From assembly GCA_934140005.1 (NCBI GenBank), contig CAKPBB010000005.1:3011-67010 (forward strand): a stretch of 64,000 bases of DNA, given 5' to 3'. The notes beneath the pieces were generated by a model that saw only the letters and a list, made by a program, of their open reading frames with translations, searched no databases and had not been told where the DNA came from. The stretch is from an uncultured Clostridia bacterium (GTDB lineage Bacteria > Bacillota > Clostridia > TANB77 > CAG-508). Below are positions 21,546 to 30,384 of this stretch, piece after piece; position 1 is the stretch's first letter; every line of letters begins with the position of its first letter. Position numbers and translations under genes: made by a program.

Positions 21546-22013
21546 TTACCATTCATATATAGTCTTTGCTAATGCTATATTTTTTAAATCTATATTGATA
21601 TTTTTATTATCCATCTCTAATATAATTTCATTATCATTATATTCTTTCAAGACACCAATTAACTCTTTTTCTTTGTCAATTGCTTTAAATAGTTTTATAC
21701 TTATTTCATTGCCTATCTGTTTTAAAAAATGTTCTTTTTTTCTCAAAACTCTCTCTAAACCTGGTGAAGAAACTTCTAAATAATATTGTTCTTTTATGTA
21801 ATCTTCTTCATCCAATATATCTGTAATAGCATTATTCACTATTTCACAATCATTTATGTCTATAGTTCCATCTTTATCAATAATAATCCTTAAATAATAA
21901 TCTTTACCTTCCTTTACATATTGAACATCATATAATTCATAGTTCAAATTTTCGATAATTGGTTTTAATCTTTTTTCAACTTTGCTTTCAATGCTATTTA
22001 CAGCCACAGACAT
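21546..22013 (-). CDS. rimP: ribosome maturation factor RimP
   Basis: 155 aa with LYDVQYVKEGKDYYLRIIID..YLEVSSPGLERVL, as the first gene of the nusA-infB operon. Confidence 0.9.
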   Translation of the reverse strand: MSVAVNSIESKVEKRLKPIIENLNYELYDVQYVKEGKDYYLRIIIDKDGTIDINDCEIVNNAITDILDEEDYIKEQYYLEVSSPGLERVLRKKEHFLKQIGNEISIKLFKAIDKEKELIGVLKEYNDNEIILEMDNKNINIDLKNIALAKTIYEW

Positions 22014-22039
22014 ACCTCCTATTTATACTTTTACAAAAT

Positions 22040-22065
22040 GAAGAGTGGGATAATTCCCACTCTTC
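22040..22065 (-). terminator. leader hairpin between the promoter and rimP
   Basis: Stem GAAGAGTGGGA / TCCCACTCTTC with loop TAAT, followed on the minus strand by a weak tract ATTTTGT. It lies downstream of the promoter at 22091..22119. Confidence 0.5.
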
Positions 22066-22090
22066 GTGTAAACATTTTTAAGATATTTAT

Positions 22091-22119
22091 ATTTTACCAT
22101 AAAAATCAAGTAATTGCAA
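22091..22119 (-). promoter_or_regulatory. sigma-A type promoter of the rimP-nusA-infB operon
   Basis: Minus strand: TTGCAA, 17-nt spacer, TAAAAT, with a TG (extended -10) immediately upstream. Confidence 0.55.
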
Positions 22120-22194
22120 GTGTTTTTTTATTTTTATTGCATTTAACTTTTCACTTGACAATTTTAGTCTATTATCCTATTTAATTTTAAAAAT

Positions 22195-24228
22195 TCAATC
22201 TAATATAGCTGAAGTATCTACATATTCTATAATTCTGTTAATTTCATTTGTCATTGTGTCTTGATATACTGGCTCACTTTCTTCTTCTGGCAAATCATAT
22301 CCATATTTGTTTAAGAAACGATATGTTTCTATCTCTATTAATTCTTGCTTTGTAACTTTTTTCAAATCAATTGGTAAGTTTTTAGCTTCTTTTTTTTCTA
22401 TTATTTCTTGAACTTTACTGTCTGAAATAACAAAGTTTTTCTTTAATTCTTGTTCTAAAGCAATTAAATCCGCCACATCATCCTCAACTAGTTCATCATC
22501 TTCATTATCATTTCTAAACATTTCAATTTCAGCTACCAATTCATGAATACTATAATTTTTTGATAATTCCAATTTTTTTGAAAGAGTTTTTCTTATTGCA
22601 TTTTGTCTCACTTCTATTTGCTCTAACATATATTCATCAATTTTATTTCTTCCAGTAAACATACCTATAATTCGCTTTATTGCGCTCTTTTCTTCTATAA
22701 TCTCTATATCATCTTTTAATTTTTTTAATTCAGCTTCACCTCTAATATTTAATATAGTTTGAGCTATGCCACGTTTTAGTTCATTTTCTTCAATTATTGC
22801 CATCTCATCAAATCTAGTGATTCTTGATTTACCTATTAGTGTTTTAGGATTATTTAAGTAATTCATTAATGTACTTATTTGTATGTTAATTTTTGAAATC
22901 TCTAATAGCTTTTGATCTAATATTATTCTATCAACTTTTTCACAAACTTCATTTACTTTATCTTGAATTGCTATAATTTTATTTTTTAATTCTTCAGCAG
23001 TTTTTTTCATTTCGAAACAATTATTTAAAGCAGAATATGTAGTACCTAAAAAGCCTGCTATTTTTGCATAATTCTGTTGCTTAGATATAAGTATTTCTAT
23101 CTCTTCTATAATATTTTGGACAGAAATCAAATTTTCTTCGCATTCTTCTTTTACCATATTAGTAATTTCTTCTAAATTTTTCTCATCTTTTTCTTCTTGT
23201 TTTTTCTTTATTTCTTCTTCTAATTTTTCCATTTTAGAATTACTTATTTCATTTAAAACTTTTTCTTTAACTTGGTATTGTTCTTCCATCTCTTTACATT
23301 CAGACATTAAGTATACAGCAAGAGATTTCTTCCAATTAGTTATAAATTCACTTTCACTTTTTCTTTTTTGAAAAACTGTAGTTGCATTTTCTTTTAAATT
23401 ATCTAATTCCATATTAACTCTATCAATATTTTCTAGTTCTTCTGTTTTCTCTTTTTCAGAAATGCCTAATTGTTCTTTTTTTTCTAATTCGTCTCCATAT
23501 TTACTAACAAGTTGCTCTAATTTTCTAAGATTTTCATAATTATTTTTATTAGTTTTCTCAAGTTCTACACATTTTTTAATCTTTTCATTTATCAAGTCTG
23601 CATTTGTAACAAGATATGTATATAATCCTGTTTTCTCAATTTCATTCATTTTTACAAGTTCTTGTTTTTCCAAATACAAATTATATATTCTTAAAATTTT
23701 ACCATTAGCTAACTCTTTTTGTCCTTTTTCCTCAAACTTTTTTAGTTTAGTAAATGGAGAAATTATGATTTCTTCTTCAACATTAGAATTTCCAAGAACA
23801 TTTTCTAATTCTATATATGGTATATTTCTATCACCAATTATATTTATAACAGCAGGCATATCATATTTGCCACTTTCCATTAGCTCAATTTTCTCTTTAT
23901 GTGCTGTTGCAAAAATAAATTTATCTATATAAACTTCATTTTTTATTTTATTAACTTCTTCAAGACTAGTATATTTAGAAAAACTCCAGTCCTTTTTATC
24001 AATTTTCTTATAGTACATTTTCAAAATGATTGAATATACATTTTTTAATGCTTGTATATTTTTTATAACATTCATTTTACTATACATATTTTCATCTTTT
24101 TCATTTTCAGCAAATTGCTTAATATCAACTTCTGCATCACTAGTAAGCATCATATTAATTACATTTTTAGAAAATGTTTTGTATAGTCTTAGCACTTCAA
24201 TTTCTTCATTTGTTAAATCTTTTTCCAT
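22195..24228 (-). CDS. 677-aa coiled-coil protein with an N-terminal ADP-ribosyltransferase-like region
   Basis: ORF trimmed to MEKDLTNEE, with GAGGTGA 6 nt upstream. The first ~200 aa are globular; the rest is heptad-rich and Glu/Lys/Asn-rich. No signal peptide or TM. Confidence 0.6.
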   Translation of the reverse strand: MEKDLTNEEIEVLRLYKTFSKNVINMMLTSDAEVDIKQFAENEKDENMYSKMNVIKNIQALKNVYSIILKMYYKKIDKKDWSFSKYTSLEEVNKIKNEVYIDKFIFATAHKEKIELMESGKYDMPAVINIIGDRNIPYIELENVLGNSNVEEEIIISPFTKLKKFEEKGQKELANGKILRIYNLYLEKQELVKMNEIEKTGLYTYLVTNADLINEKIKKCVELEKTNKNNYENLRKLEQLVSKYGDELEKKEQLGISEKEKTEELENIDRVNMELDNLKENATTVFQKRKSESEFITNWKKSLAVYLMSECKEMEEQYQVKEKVLNEISNSKMEKLEEEIKKKQEEKDEKNLEEITNMVKEECEENLISVQNIIEEIEILISKQQNYAKIAGFLGTTYSALNNCFEMKKTAEELKNKIIAIQDKVNEVCEKVDRIILDQKLLEISKINIQISTLMNYLNNPKTLIGKSRITRFDEMAIIEENELKRGIAQTILNIRGEAELKKLKDDIEIIEEKSAIKRIIGMFTGRNKIDEYMLEQIEVRQNAIRKTLSKKLELSKNYSIHELVAEIEMFRNDNEDDELVEDDVADLIALEQELKKNFVISDSKVQEIIEKKEAKNLPIDLKKVTKQELIEIETYRFLNKYGYDLPEEESEPVYQDTMTNEINRIIEYVDTSAILD

Positions 24229-24366
24229 ATATGAAATCACCTCATATTTTATTCGGTATAATTTTATCATTTATATATTTTTTTTGCAACAAATTCATAA
24301 CAATTTATAAAAGAACATTATAATATCTTTATAAAAAATACTATAATGTTCTTTTTTATATTTTAA

Positions 24367-25428
24367 TTATTTAATAATTGTCTTTTTAAAGTTTAATTCT
24401 CCAATTTCTTCAGTTGGTATATAACCTGGTTTTGAGTTTATAACATCTGGTATTCTGTTTACAATAGTTGCACAAGTTAATTCAACAGTATTTGGCTTTT
24501 CTACTGTAATTGTAGTTGTAGGTTCTCCTTCAATTGTCCAAACATTTTTATCAAATTCATCTGGTGCATATACTTTACCTATACACTCTGTTTCTATTGT
24601 AATTCCTTCTTCTGTTTCAGTTGTAACCACAGCACTCATGCCAGTTGCATCACCTGATTTCACAGTCATATTTAAAGTACTTGAATAAATATCTCCATTA
24701 TGCGTTTGTGGCACACATTTTTGAGTCTGACTTTTTACAGTAAGTCCAAGTTTTGCACACAACCAGCCATTTACATTCCACATATAAGATGGCATAAACT
24801 CACCATTTTCAATTATTTTTTGACGTGCTTCTGCTGAAATTCTATCTGCTGATGCAACCTTTTCATCAAATTCAGATAATGTTAATCCTGCTCCATGTGC
24901 TTCAGCTAATGCTATACCATATTCTTCAACATTATAACTTGAACTACCTTTAATTTTCTTGATAGTTTGAGTTGAACCTGCTATTGAACTAACTAGTTGT
25001 CCCCAATATATATCTTGATATCCACTACCTGTAATTGTACAATTATTCTTTTTAGCTGTTTCATCTATTTTTTTAGTTAAGTTTGGATGTGAATTTAACG
25101 GATAAAATGCTTCCTCACAAGTTGTTATTGCATTTATTCCTAGTTCCGCACATAACATAAGTGGTTCTTCAAGTTCTGCTATTAAACTTCTAGTAGTTAC
25201 GATACAAATATCTGGCTTAGTAGTTTCAAGTAATTTTCTTGCATCTTTTGCATTTATAACAGTAACTTCCTTTTTTTCTGTTCCTAAAATATCTCCAATA
25301 TCTTTTCCTATAACATCTGGATTTACATCAATTGCGCCTACAATTTCAATACCTTTTTCAAGCATATATCGCATTGTATATAATGACATTTTTCCAACAC
25401 CATACTGCACAGCTTTTACTCTTTCCAT
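24367..25428 (-). CDS. NAD(P)-dependent amine dehydrogenase family protein (DapB-like N-terminus; 2,4-diaminopentanoate dehydrogenase-like)
   Basis: ORF trimmed to MERVKAVQYGVGKMS, with AAAGGAG 5 nt upstream. Rossmann-like N-terminus; about 353 aa. Confidence 0.5.
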   Translation of the reverse strand: MERVKAVQYGVGKMSLYTMRYMLEKGIEIVGAIDVNPDVIGKDIGDILGTEKKEVTVINAKDARKLLETTKPDICIVTTRSLIAELEEPLMLCAELGINAITTCEEAFYPLNSHPNLTKKIDETAKKNNCTITGSGYQDIYWGQLVSSIAGSTQTIKKIKGSSSYNVEEYGIALAEAHGAGLTLSEFDEKVASADRISAEARQKIIENGEFMPSYMWNVNGWLCAKLGLTVKSQTQKCVPQTHNGDIYSSTLNMTVKSGDATGMSAVVTTETEEGITIETECIGKVYAPDEFDKNVWTIEGEPTTTITVEKPNTVELTCATIVNRIPDVINSKPGYIPTEEIGELNFKKTIIK

Positions 25429-25575
25429 AAAATCTCCTTTCATATTTAAAATTTTATACTTTAATAAAATTTCGTTTATGGTAATTATTTCCAAAACAAA
25501 ATTAAATTATTCATGCGTTTCATTAAATTTTTCATATTTTATAAGATTTGCTACTTATTTATACTCTAATATAAT

Positions 25576-27969
25576 TTATTTTTTATTATCTGCAACTTTT
25601 GAAAATTTCTTTAATTTTTCATAAGCTAAATAATTTATAGTTCCCAATGGGAATTTTCCATTTTTATCCTTCTTACCTGCTGGAACTCCTGTTAAAATTT
25701 CAATTCCTTCATCAATTGTTCTAACAGCAAAAATATGAAATTTACCTTTTCTTACAGAATCTATTACTTCATCTGATAAATGTAAGTTTCTAACATTTTG
25801 TGCTGGAATTATAACACCAGCTTCTCCAGTTAATCCTCTCATTTTACAAATTTGATAAAATCCTTCAATTTTTTCATTAACACCACCAATTGGTTGAATC
25901 TCACCTTTTTGATTTACAGAACCAGTAACTGCAATTGATTGATTTATTGGTATTCCAGACAAACTTGAAAGAATTGCATAAGCTTCTGTACTTGATGCAC
26001 TATCACCATCAACACCACCATATAATTGTTCAAAACAAATACTTGCAGTTAATGAAAGTGGCATTTCTTGTGCAAATTGTTCTCCTAAATATCCAGTTAA
26101 AATCAACACACCTTTAGAATGTGATGAACCAGACATTTCAACTTCTCTTTCTATATTTACAATTCCATTTTGTCCCATATATGTGTTAGCTGTAATTTTT
26201 GCTGGTTTTCCAAAAGAATAATCTCCAATTGTTATAACTGTAAGGCCATTGATTTGTCCTACTTTATATCCTTCTGTTTCGATTAGTAAAGCTTCATCTT
26301 TTATCATTTGTAAATATTTTTCATCATATTTCTTTATTCTATCAATTCTCTCATCTAAAGCTTTCTTTATATATTCTTTTGTTATTATTTTCGATTTATC
26401 TAGTTTAGCCCAAGCAGAAGCCTCACCAACAATTTCACCAATTTCACTAAATTGTGTTGATAATTTTTCTTTGTCTCCAGCAAGTTTTGAAGTAAATTCA
26501 ACAACCTTAGCCATTGCTTCCTTATCTAAATCTAATAATCCTTCTTGTTCGCAAAAACTTCTAACAAATTTGCTTAATCTTTCGACATTTTCTGTTGTTT
26601 TTGGTGCATCTTCTTCAAATTCTACTTTTATTTTAAATAATTTTCTAAAATCATCATCCATTGACAATAATGTATGATAAATATTTGAATTTCCTATGAT
26701 TAAAACTTTTAAATCCAATGGTATTGGTTCTGGTTTTATTCCAACTAAAGTTAAACTTGTTCTTTGGTCTACCGGATTTTCTATTGCAAGTTCTTTAATT
26801 CTTAAAGCTTTCTTTAATGCTTCATAGCACATTTGATTTGCTAATAAATCTTTAGCTTGGAAAATTATATATCCACCATTTGCTTGATGTAATAAACCTG
26901 GTTTTATCATTGTAAAGTCTGTTTTTAAACTTCCATACTGATTTTCATATTCTAAGCCACCAAATATGTTATGATATGAATAATTTGTATCCATAATAAC
27001 TGGTGCACCTTCTAATTTACTATTATCCACAAATAAATTTACTCTATAATTTAACCATGGTTCTCTTAGCTCTGGTCTTTGAGTTGGTTGAACAGGTTGT
27101 TTTGGATCTACATCAGGTGCTAAAAAGGCACTTATATTTTTTAATATATCTTTCTTTATTCCTTCTAGAAATGCATTTATTTTTTTATTTCTTTTATAAT
27201 TTGCTTTCAAAGAGTTTACATGAACATTTATTGTAAGTAATGCTATATTTGATTGCCATTCTTCAATTTTCTTTTCAGACTCTTTTTCAATAGTTTTTAT
27301 TGTTCCTAAAGCTTCAAAAATCTGTTCTTGAACTAAATTAGAACGCTCTTCAAATTCTTTTTTGATAGACTCATCTAGATTATCAAATTCCTCTTCTTCA
27401 AGTACTTTACCATCTAAAACTGGCATCATATAAACTCCATTTTCAGTAGATCTTACTTGAAATCCTTGAACCATTGTTCTTTTATTTAATTTGTCTAAAA
27501 GAGCTTCTCTCTTATCTTCAAATTCTTGTTTTATAATTTTCTTTTCTTTTTCAAAATCTTCATTATTGAAAGTTTTCTTTATTTCTCTGCGAACATCTTT
27601 AACAAAATTTTCCATTTGTTCCTTAAAAACAATACCATTTCCAGCAGGGAATGAAATTGCAACTGGTTCATTTGGATTTTCAAAATTATATACATAGCAC
27701 CAATCATTTGGTACTTTTTCTTTTGCAGCCTTTTGTGTTAGAAACTTTTTAGTATACATTGTTTTTCCAACACCTGATGGTCCTTCTAAATATAAATTAT
27801 ATCCTTTTATATCAATATCAAGACCAAATTTTAATGCTTTAATTCCTCTATCTTGTCCATAAACTAAATCTGTTGTATCTACTAATTCTCTTGTTGTTTC
27901 AAACTTAAAAAAATTGGGATTACATACATCTTTTAAGTCTTTTGGCGTTAGTTCATTATTTCTTCTCAT
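25576..27969 (-). CDS. Lon-like ATP-dependent protease (AAA+ with helical insertion and S16 protease domain)
   Basis: 797 aa with Walker A GPSGVGKT and a C-terminal Lon protease block DGDSASS..PIGGVNEKIEGF. Confidence 0.85.
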   Translation of the reverse strand: MRRNNELTPKDLKDVCNPNFFKFETTRELVDTTDLVYGQDRGIKALKFGLDIDIKGYNLYLEGPSGVGKTMYTKKFLTQKAAKEKVPNDWCYVYNFENPNEPVAISFPAGNGIVFKEQMENFVKDVRREIKKTFNNEDFEKEKKIIKQEFEDKREALLDKLNKRTMVQGFQVRSTENGVYMMPVLDGKVLEEEEFDNLDESIKKEFEERSNLVQEQIFEALGTIKTIEKESEKKIEEWQSNIALLTINVHVNSLKANYKRNKKINAFLEGIKKDILKNISAFLAPDVDPKQPVQPTQRPELREPWLNYRVNLFVDNSKLEGAPVIMDTNYSYHNIFGGLEYENQYGSLKTDFTMIKPGLLHQANGGYIIFQAKDLLANQMCYEALKKALRIKELAIENPVDQRTSLTLVGIKPEPIPLDLKVLIIGNSNIYHTLLSMDDDFRKLFKIKVEFEEDAPKTTENVERLSKFVRSFCEQEGLLDLDKEAMAKVVEFTSKLAGDKEKLSTQFSEIGEIVGEASAWAKLDKSKIITKEYIKKALDERIDRIKKYDEKYLQMIKDEALLIETEGYKVGQINGLTVITIGDYSFGKPAKITANTYMGQNGIVNIEREVEMSGSSHSKGVLILTGYLGEQFAQEMPLSLTASICFEQLYGGVDGDSASSTEAYAILSSLSGIPINQSIAVTGSVNQKGEIQPIGGVNEKIEGFYQICKMRGLTGEAGVIIPAQNVRNLHLSDEVIDSVRKGKFHIFAVRTIDEGIEILTGVPAGKKDKNGKFPLGTINYLAYEKLKKFSKVADNKK

Positions 27970-28144
27970 TCGTATTCTTCCTCCGTACTATCTCTTTAAT
28001 ATTGTGATTTTATATCAAACAAATTATTTTTTCAATCTATTTTTTACAATTTTTAACATTTTTTTGAACATATTTTACATTTATTTTTATAAATCAAAAA
28101 TGTCGCAACTAATAAATTAATTGCAACATTTTATACAACATTAT

Positions 28145-28576
28145 TTATAAAAACTTTGTCATTATAATAGCATCATCTATGCCATTATAATATTTTTTTC
28201 TTCTTCCAACTATTTCAAAACCATTTTTTATATACAAATTTTTAGCTTCTATATTATTTTCATTTACTTCCAAACTAATTTTATCTCTGTTTTCTTTTTT
28301 TGTCATCTCTATTAGTTTATCTAAAAGCAAAGTTCCTATACCTCTTTTTCTCTCTGCTTTTTTGGTAACAATATTAGTAATTTCTGTATCATCAATTGAA
28401 ATTATAATTCCAGCAAAACCAACTATATTTTCATTTTCTTTTGCTACTATGTATTTTGAATTTGGATTTTCTAATTCACTTTTCAAAATATTAGGTGTCC
28501 AAAACTCATCAAATTCTTCTTGCAAGCAACCTTTTATTTGTTCAAAATCATCTAAATTCATTTCTAAAATTTGCAT
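28145..28576 (-). CDS. rimI: ribosomal-protein-alanine N-acetyltransferase
   Basis: 143-aa GNAT (RKRGIGTLLLDKL) directly downstream of tsaB. Confidence 0.8.
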   Translation of the reverse strand: MQILEMNLDDFEQIKGCLQEEFDEFWTPNILKSELENPNSKYIVAKENENIVGFAGIIISIDDTEITNIVTKKAERKRGIGTLLLDKLIEMTKKENRDKISLEVNENNIEAKNLYIKNGFEIVGRRKKYYNGIDDAIIMTKFL

Positions 28577-28584
28577 ACTAGTTC

Positions 28585-29265
28585 CTACTTTTTCAATCTT
28601 TCTGCTTGTGATTTTCTTAAATAAATTGGCAATATAGTATCAGCATTTTTTAAATCTTTATTCAAGTATTTTTTATAGCCAATTTTTCCTGTATTTACTG
28701 CGCTTTGTTCATTATTATCCGTAAACTTAATTTCATTATTTACTAATCTTTCAGAAATTAAATCTTTATGTAAGACGGCACCATCTCCAACAAATACTAT
28801 CTTGCTAAACTTTTCTGCTTTTTTCAAAACCACTTCAATATCTTCAGCTATTTCCTCTTCTTTCAAATTATAATCATTATCAAAAACTCCAACATATACT
28901 TGATTATTTCTAGCATCAATTAAAGAAATAATTGTTGTATCTAAGTCTACATTTTCAACATTTCTAGCTAAGCTTTCTAGTGAAGTAACACTCGCAACTG
29001 GTAAATTATAAACTTCTGCCAATGGTTTAATACTTGCAATTCCAATTCTAATTCCAGTAAAAGAACCTGGTCCAACTGATACAGATATTAAATTAAAATC
29101 ACTCAATTTTAATTTATTTCTTTCTAAAACTTCTTTTAAAATAGGCATTAAATTTTCTGAATGTGTTTTTCCATTATCTAAACTTATTTCATCTATTTTA
29201 TTATTATCTTCCAAAATAGCAACTGCACATATTTTAGAAGATGTATCTATTGCTAAATTTTTCAT
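28585..29265 (-). CDS. tsaB: tRNA t6A37 biosynthesis protein TsaB
   Basis: ORF trimmed to MKNLAIDTSS.., with GAGG 7 nt upstream. GPGSFTGIRIG motif. Confidence 0.85.
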   Translation of the reverse strand: MKNLAIDTSSKICAVAILEDNNKIDEISLDNGKTHSENLMPILKEVLERNKLKLSDFNLISVSVGPGSFTGIRIGIASIKPLAEVYNLPVASVTSLESLARNVENVDLDTTIISLIDARNNQVYVGVFDNDYNLKEEEIAEDIEVVLKKAEKFSKIVFVGDGAVLHKDLISERLVNNEIKFTDNNEQSAVNTGKIGYKKYLNKDLKNADTILPIYLRKSQAERLKK

Positions 29266-29298
29266 TTTTTCGCCTCGCAAATTTATTTTTCATTTGCT

Positions 29299-29327
29299 AT
29301 TATATAATATTTTAACAATTTTTACAA
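29299..29327 (-). promoter_or_regulatory. candidate promoter of tsaB-rimI
   Basis: Minus strand: TTGTAA, 17-nt spacer, TATAAT. A 10-bp perfect inverted repeat (29314..29338) overlaps the -35. Confidence 0.5.
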
Positions 29328-29457
29328 TAAAAATTGTTATTAAAATTCTAATTAAAGAAACAACTAATAATATTTTCTAGTTGCTCTTCACTTTTACTAT
29401 TTTCATTTATTTATAAATTTCCTATAAAGCTGTACCTACTTTGGAAATAAAATACTT

Positions 29458-29481
29458 GTCGTAGTTATCTACGACTTTTTT
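29458..29481. terminator. bidirectional intrinsic terminator downstream of traX
   Basis: GTCGTAG-TTAT-CTACGAC hairpin with an A-run on one side and a T-run on the other. Confidence 0.6.
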
Positions 29482-29561
29482 CTCATTTAATGATTGATTT
29501 TGAAATTCATCAATTTTATTGATATTAAGTCTGTCATATTTTTTCAATTATATCAAAACTT

Positions 29562-30384
29562 TTACTTACAAATTATCATAGCACTTAAATAAAATAGCAG
29601 ATGTTGTATTGGAAATACGGCATAGAATAGATATTTTATAAAAACATCATTTTTTCCCTTTTGACCATTGTATAAAACCAAAGGTATTGCAGTAAATGCT
29701 ATAGCATATTTATATCCGTGGATGATAAGCTGAAAAATCTAATGAACTAATAAAAGATAGTTCTATTAATGATATATATAAGATTTTTAATATTACATAT
29801 CTCCATTTATCATTAAACTTTCTATTCAAAAATAATTTTTTACTATCTTTATCCATAAATATTTTTTCTATAAAATATAGCTCTACAAACATAAATGGTA
29901 CCCTCATATCAAATTCAATATCTATATTAATATATATTGCTCCAATAATTAAGATAACTAAAATTCTAATAATGTCATTTAAAATATTGCTAAATTTAGA
30001 TATTATTTTTTTATATTCTAACATAGCAATTAATATTAAAGATAATAAATATGAAAACAAAACACCTAAATATTCATTTTCTCTGCAAATGTAATTTGGA
30101 AACATATAATTATTCAAAATTCCTAATAATAGCAATACAATTTGTGTAATTGTAGCCAAACAAAATATCCTAAAAATATACAATTTTAAGTTTCTTGTAT
30201 AAAAAAAACCTTGAACAATTAAAAATAGAAAAATTGGCATTCCAAGCCTTCCTATACTTCTCATTATATAATATGGTGTAGGAGCTATTCTGCTAACAAA
30301 ATAGCTCCCAATATGATCAACTAGCATAACAGCTATTGCAAAGATTTTTAATTTATTTGCATTTAACATTAGTTTATTCATCAT
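29562..30384 (-). pseudogene. traX: TraX-family membrane protein, frame broken at a T5 run (29733..29737)
   Basis: ORF 29710..30384 (LKIFAIAVMLVDHIG..) stops at ..DFSAYHPRI*. The TraX-like C-terminus GYKYAIAFTAIPLVLYNGQKGKNDVFIKYLFYAVFPIQHLLFYL continues in another frame to the TAA at 29562-29564. Confidence 0.7.

Noticed and set aside
25576-27969. Lon-like protease as the BrxL component of a BREX defence system
   Set aside because: No PglZ, BrxC, methyltransferase or other BREX genes are adjacent. The neighbours are rimI/tsaB and a dehydrogenase, so a stand-alone LonC-type protease is more likely.
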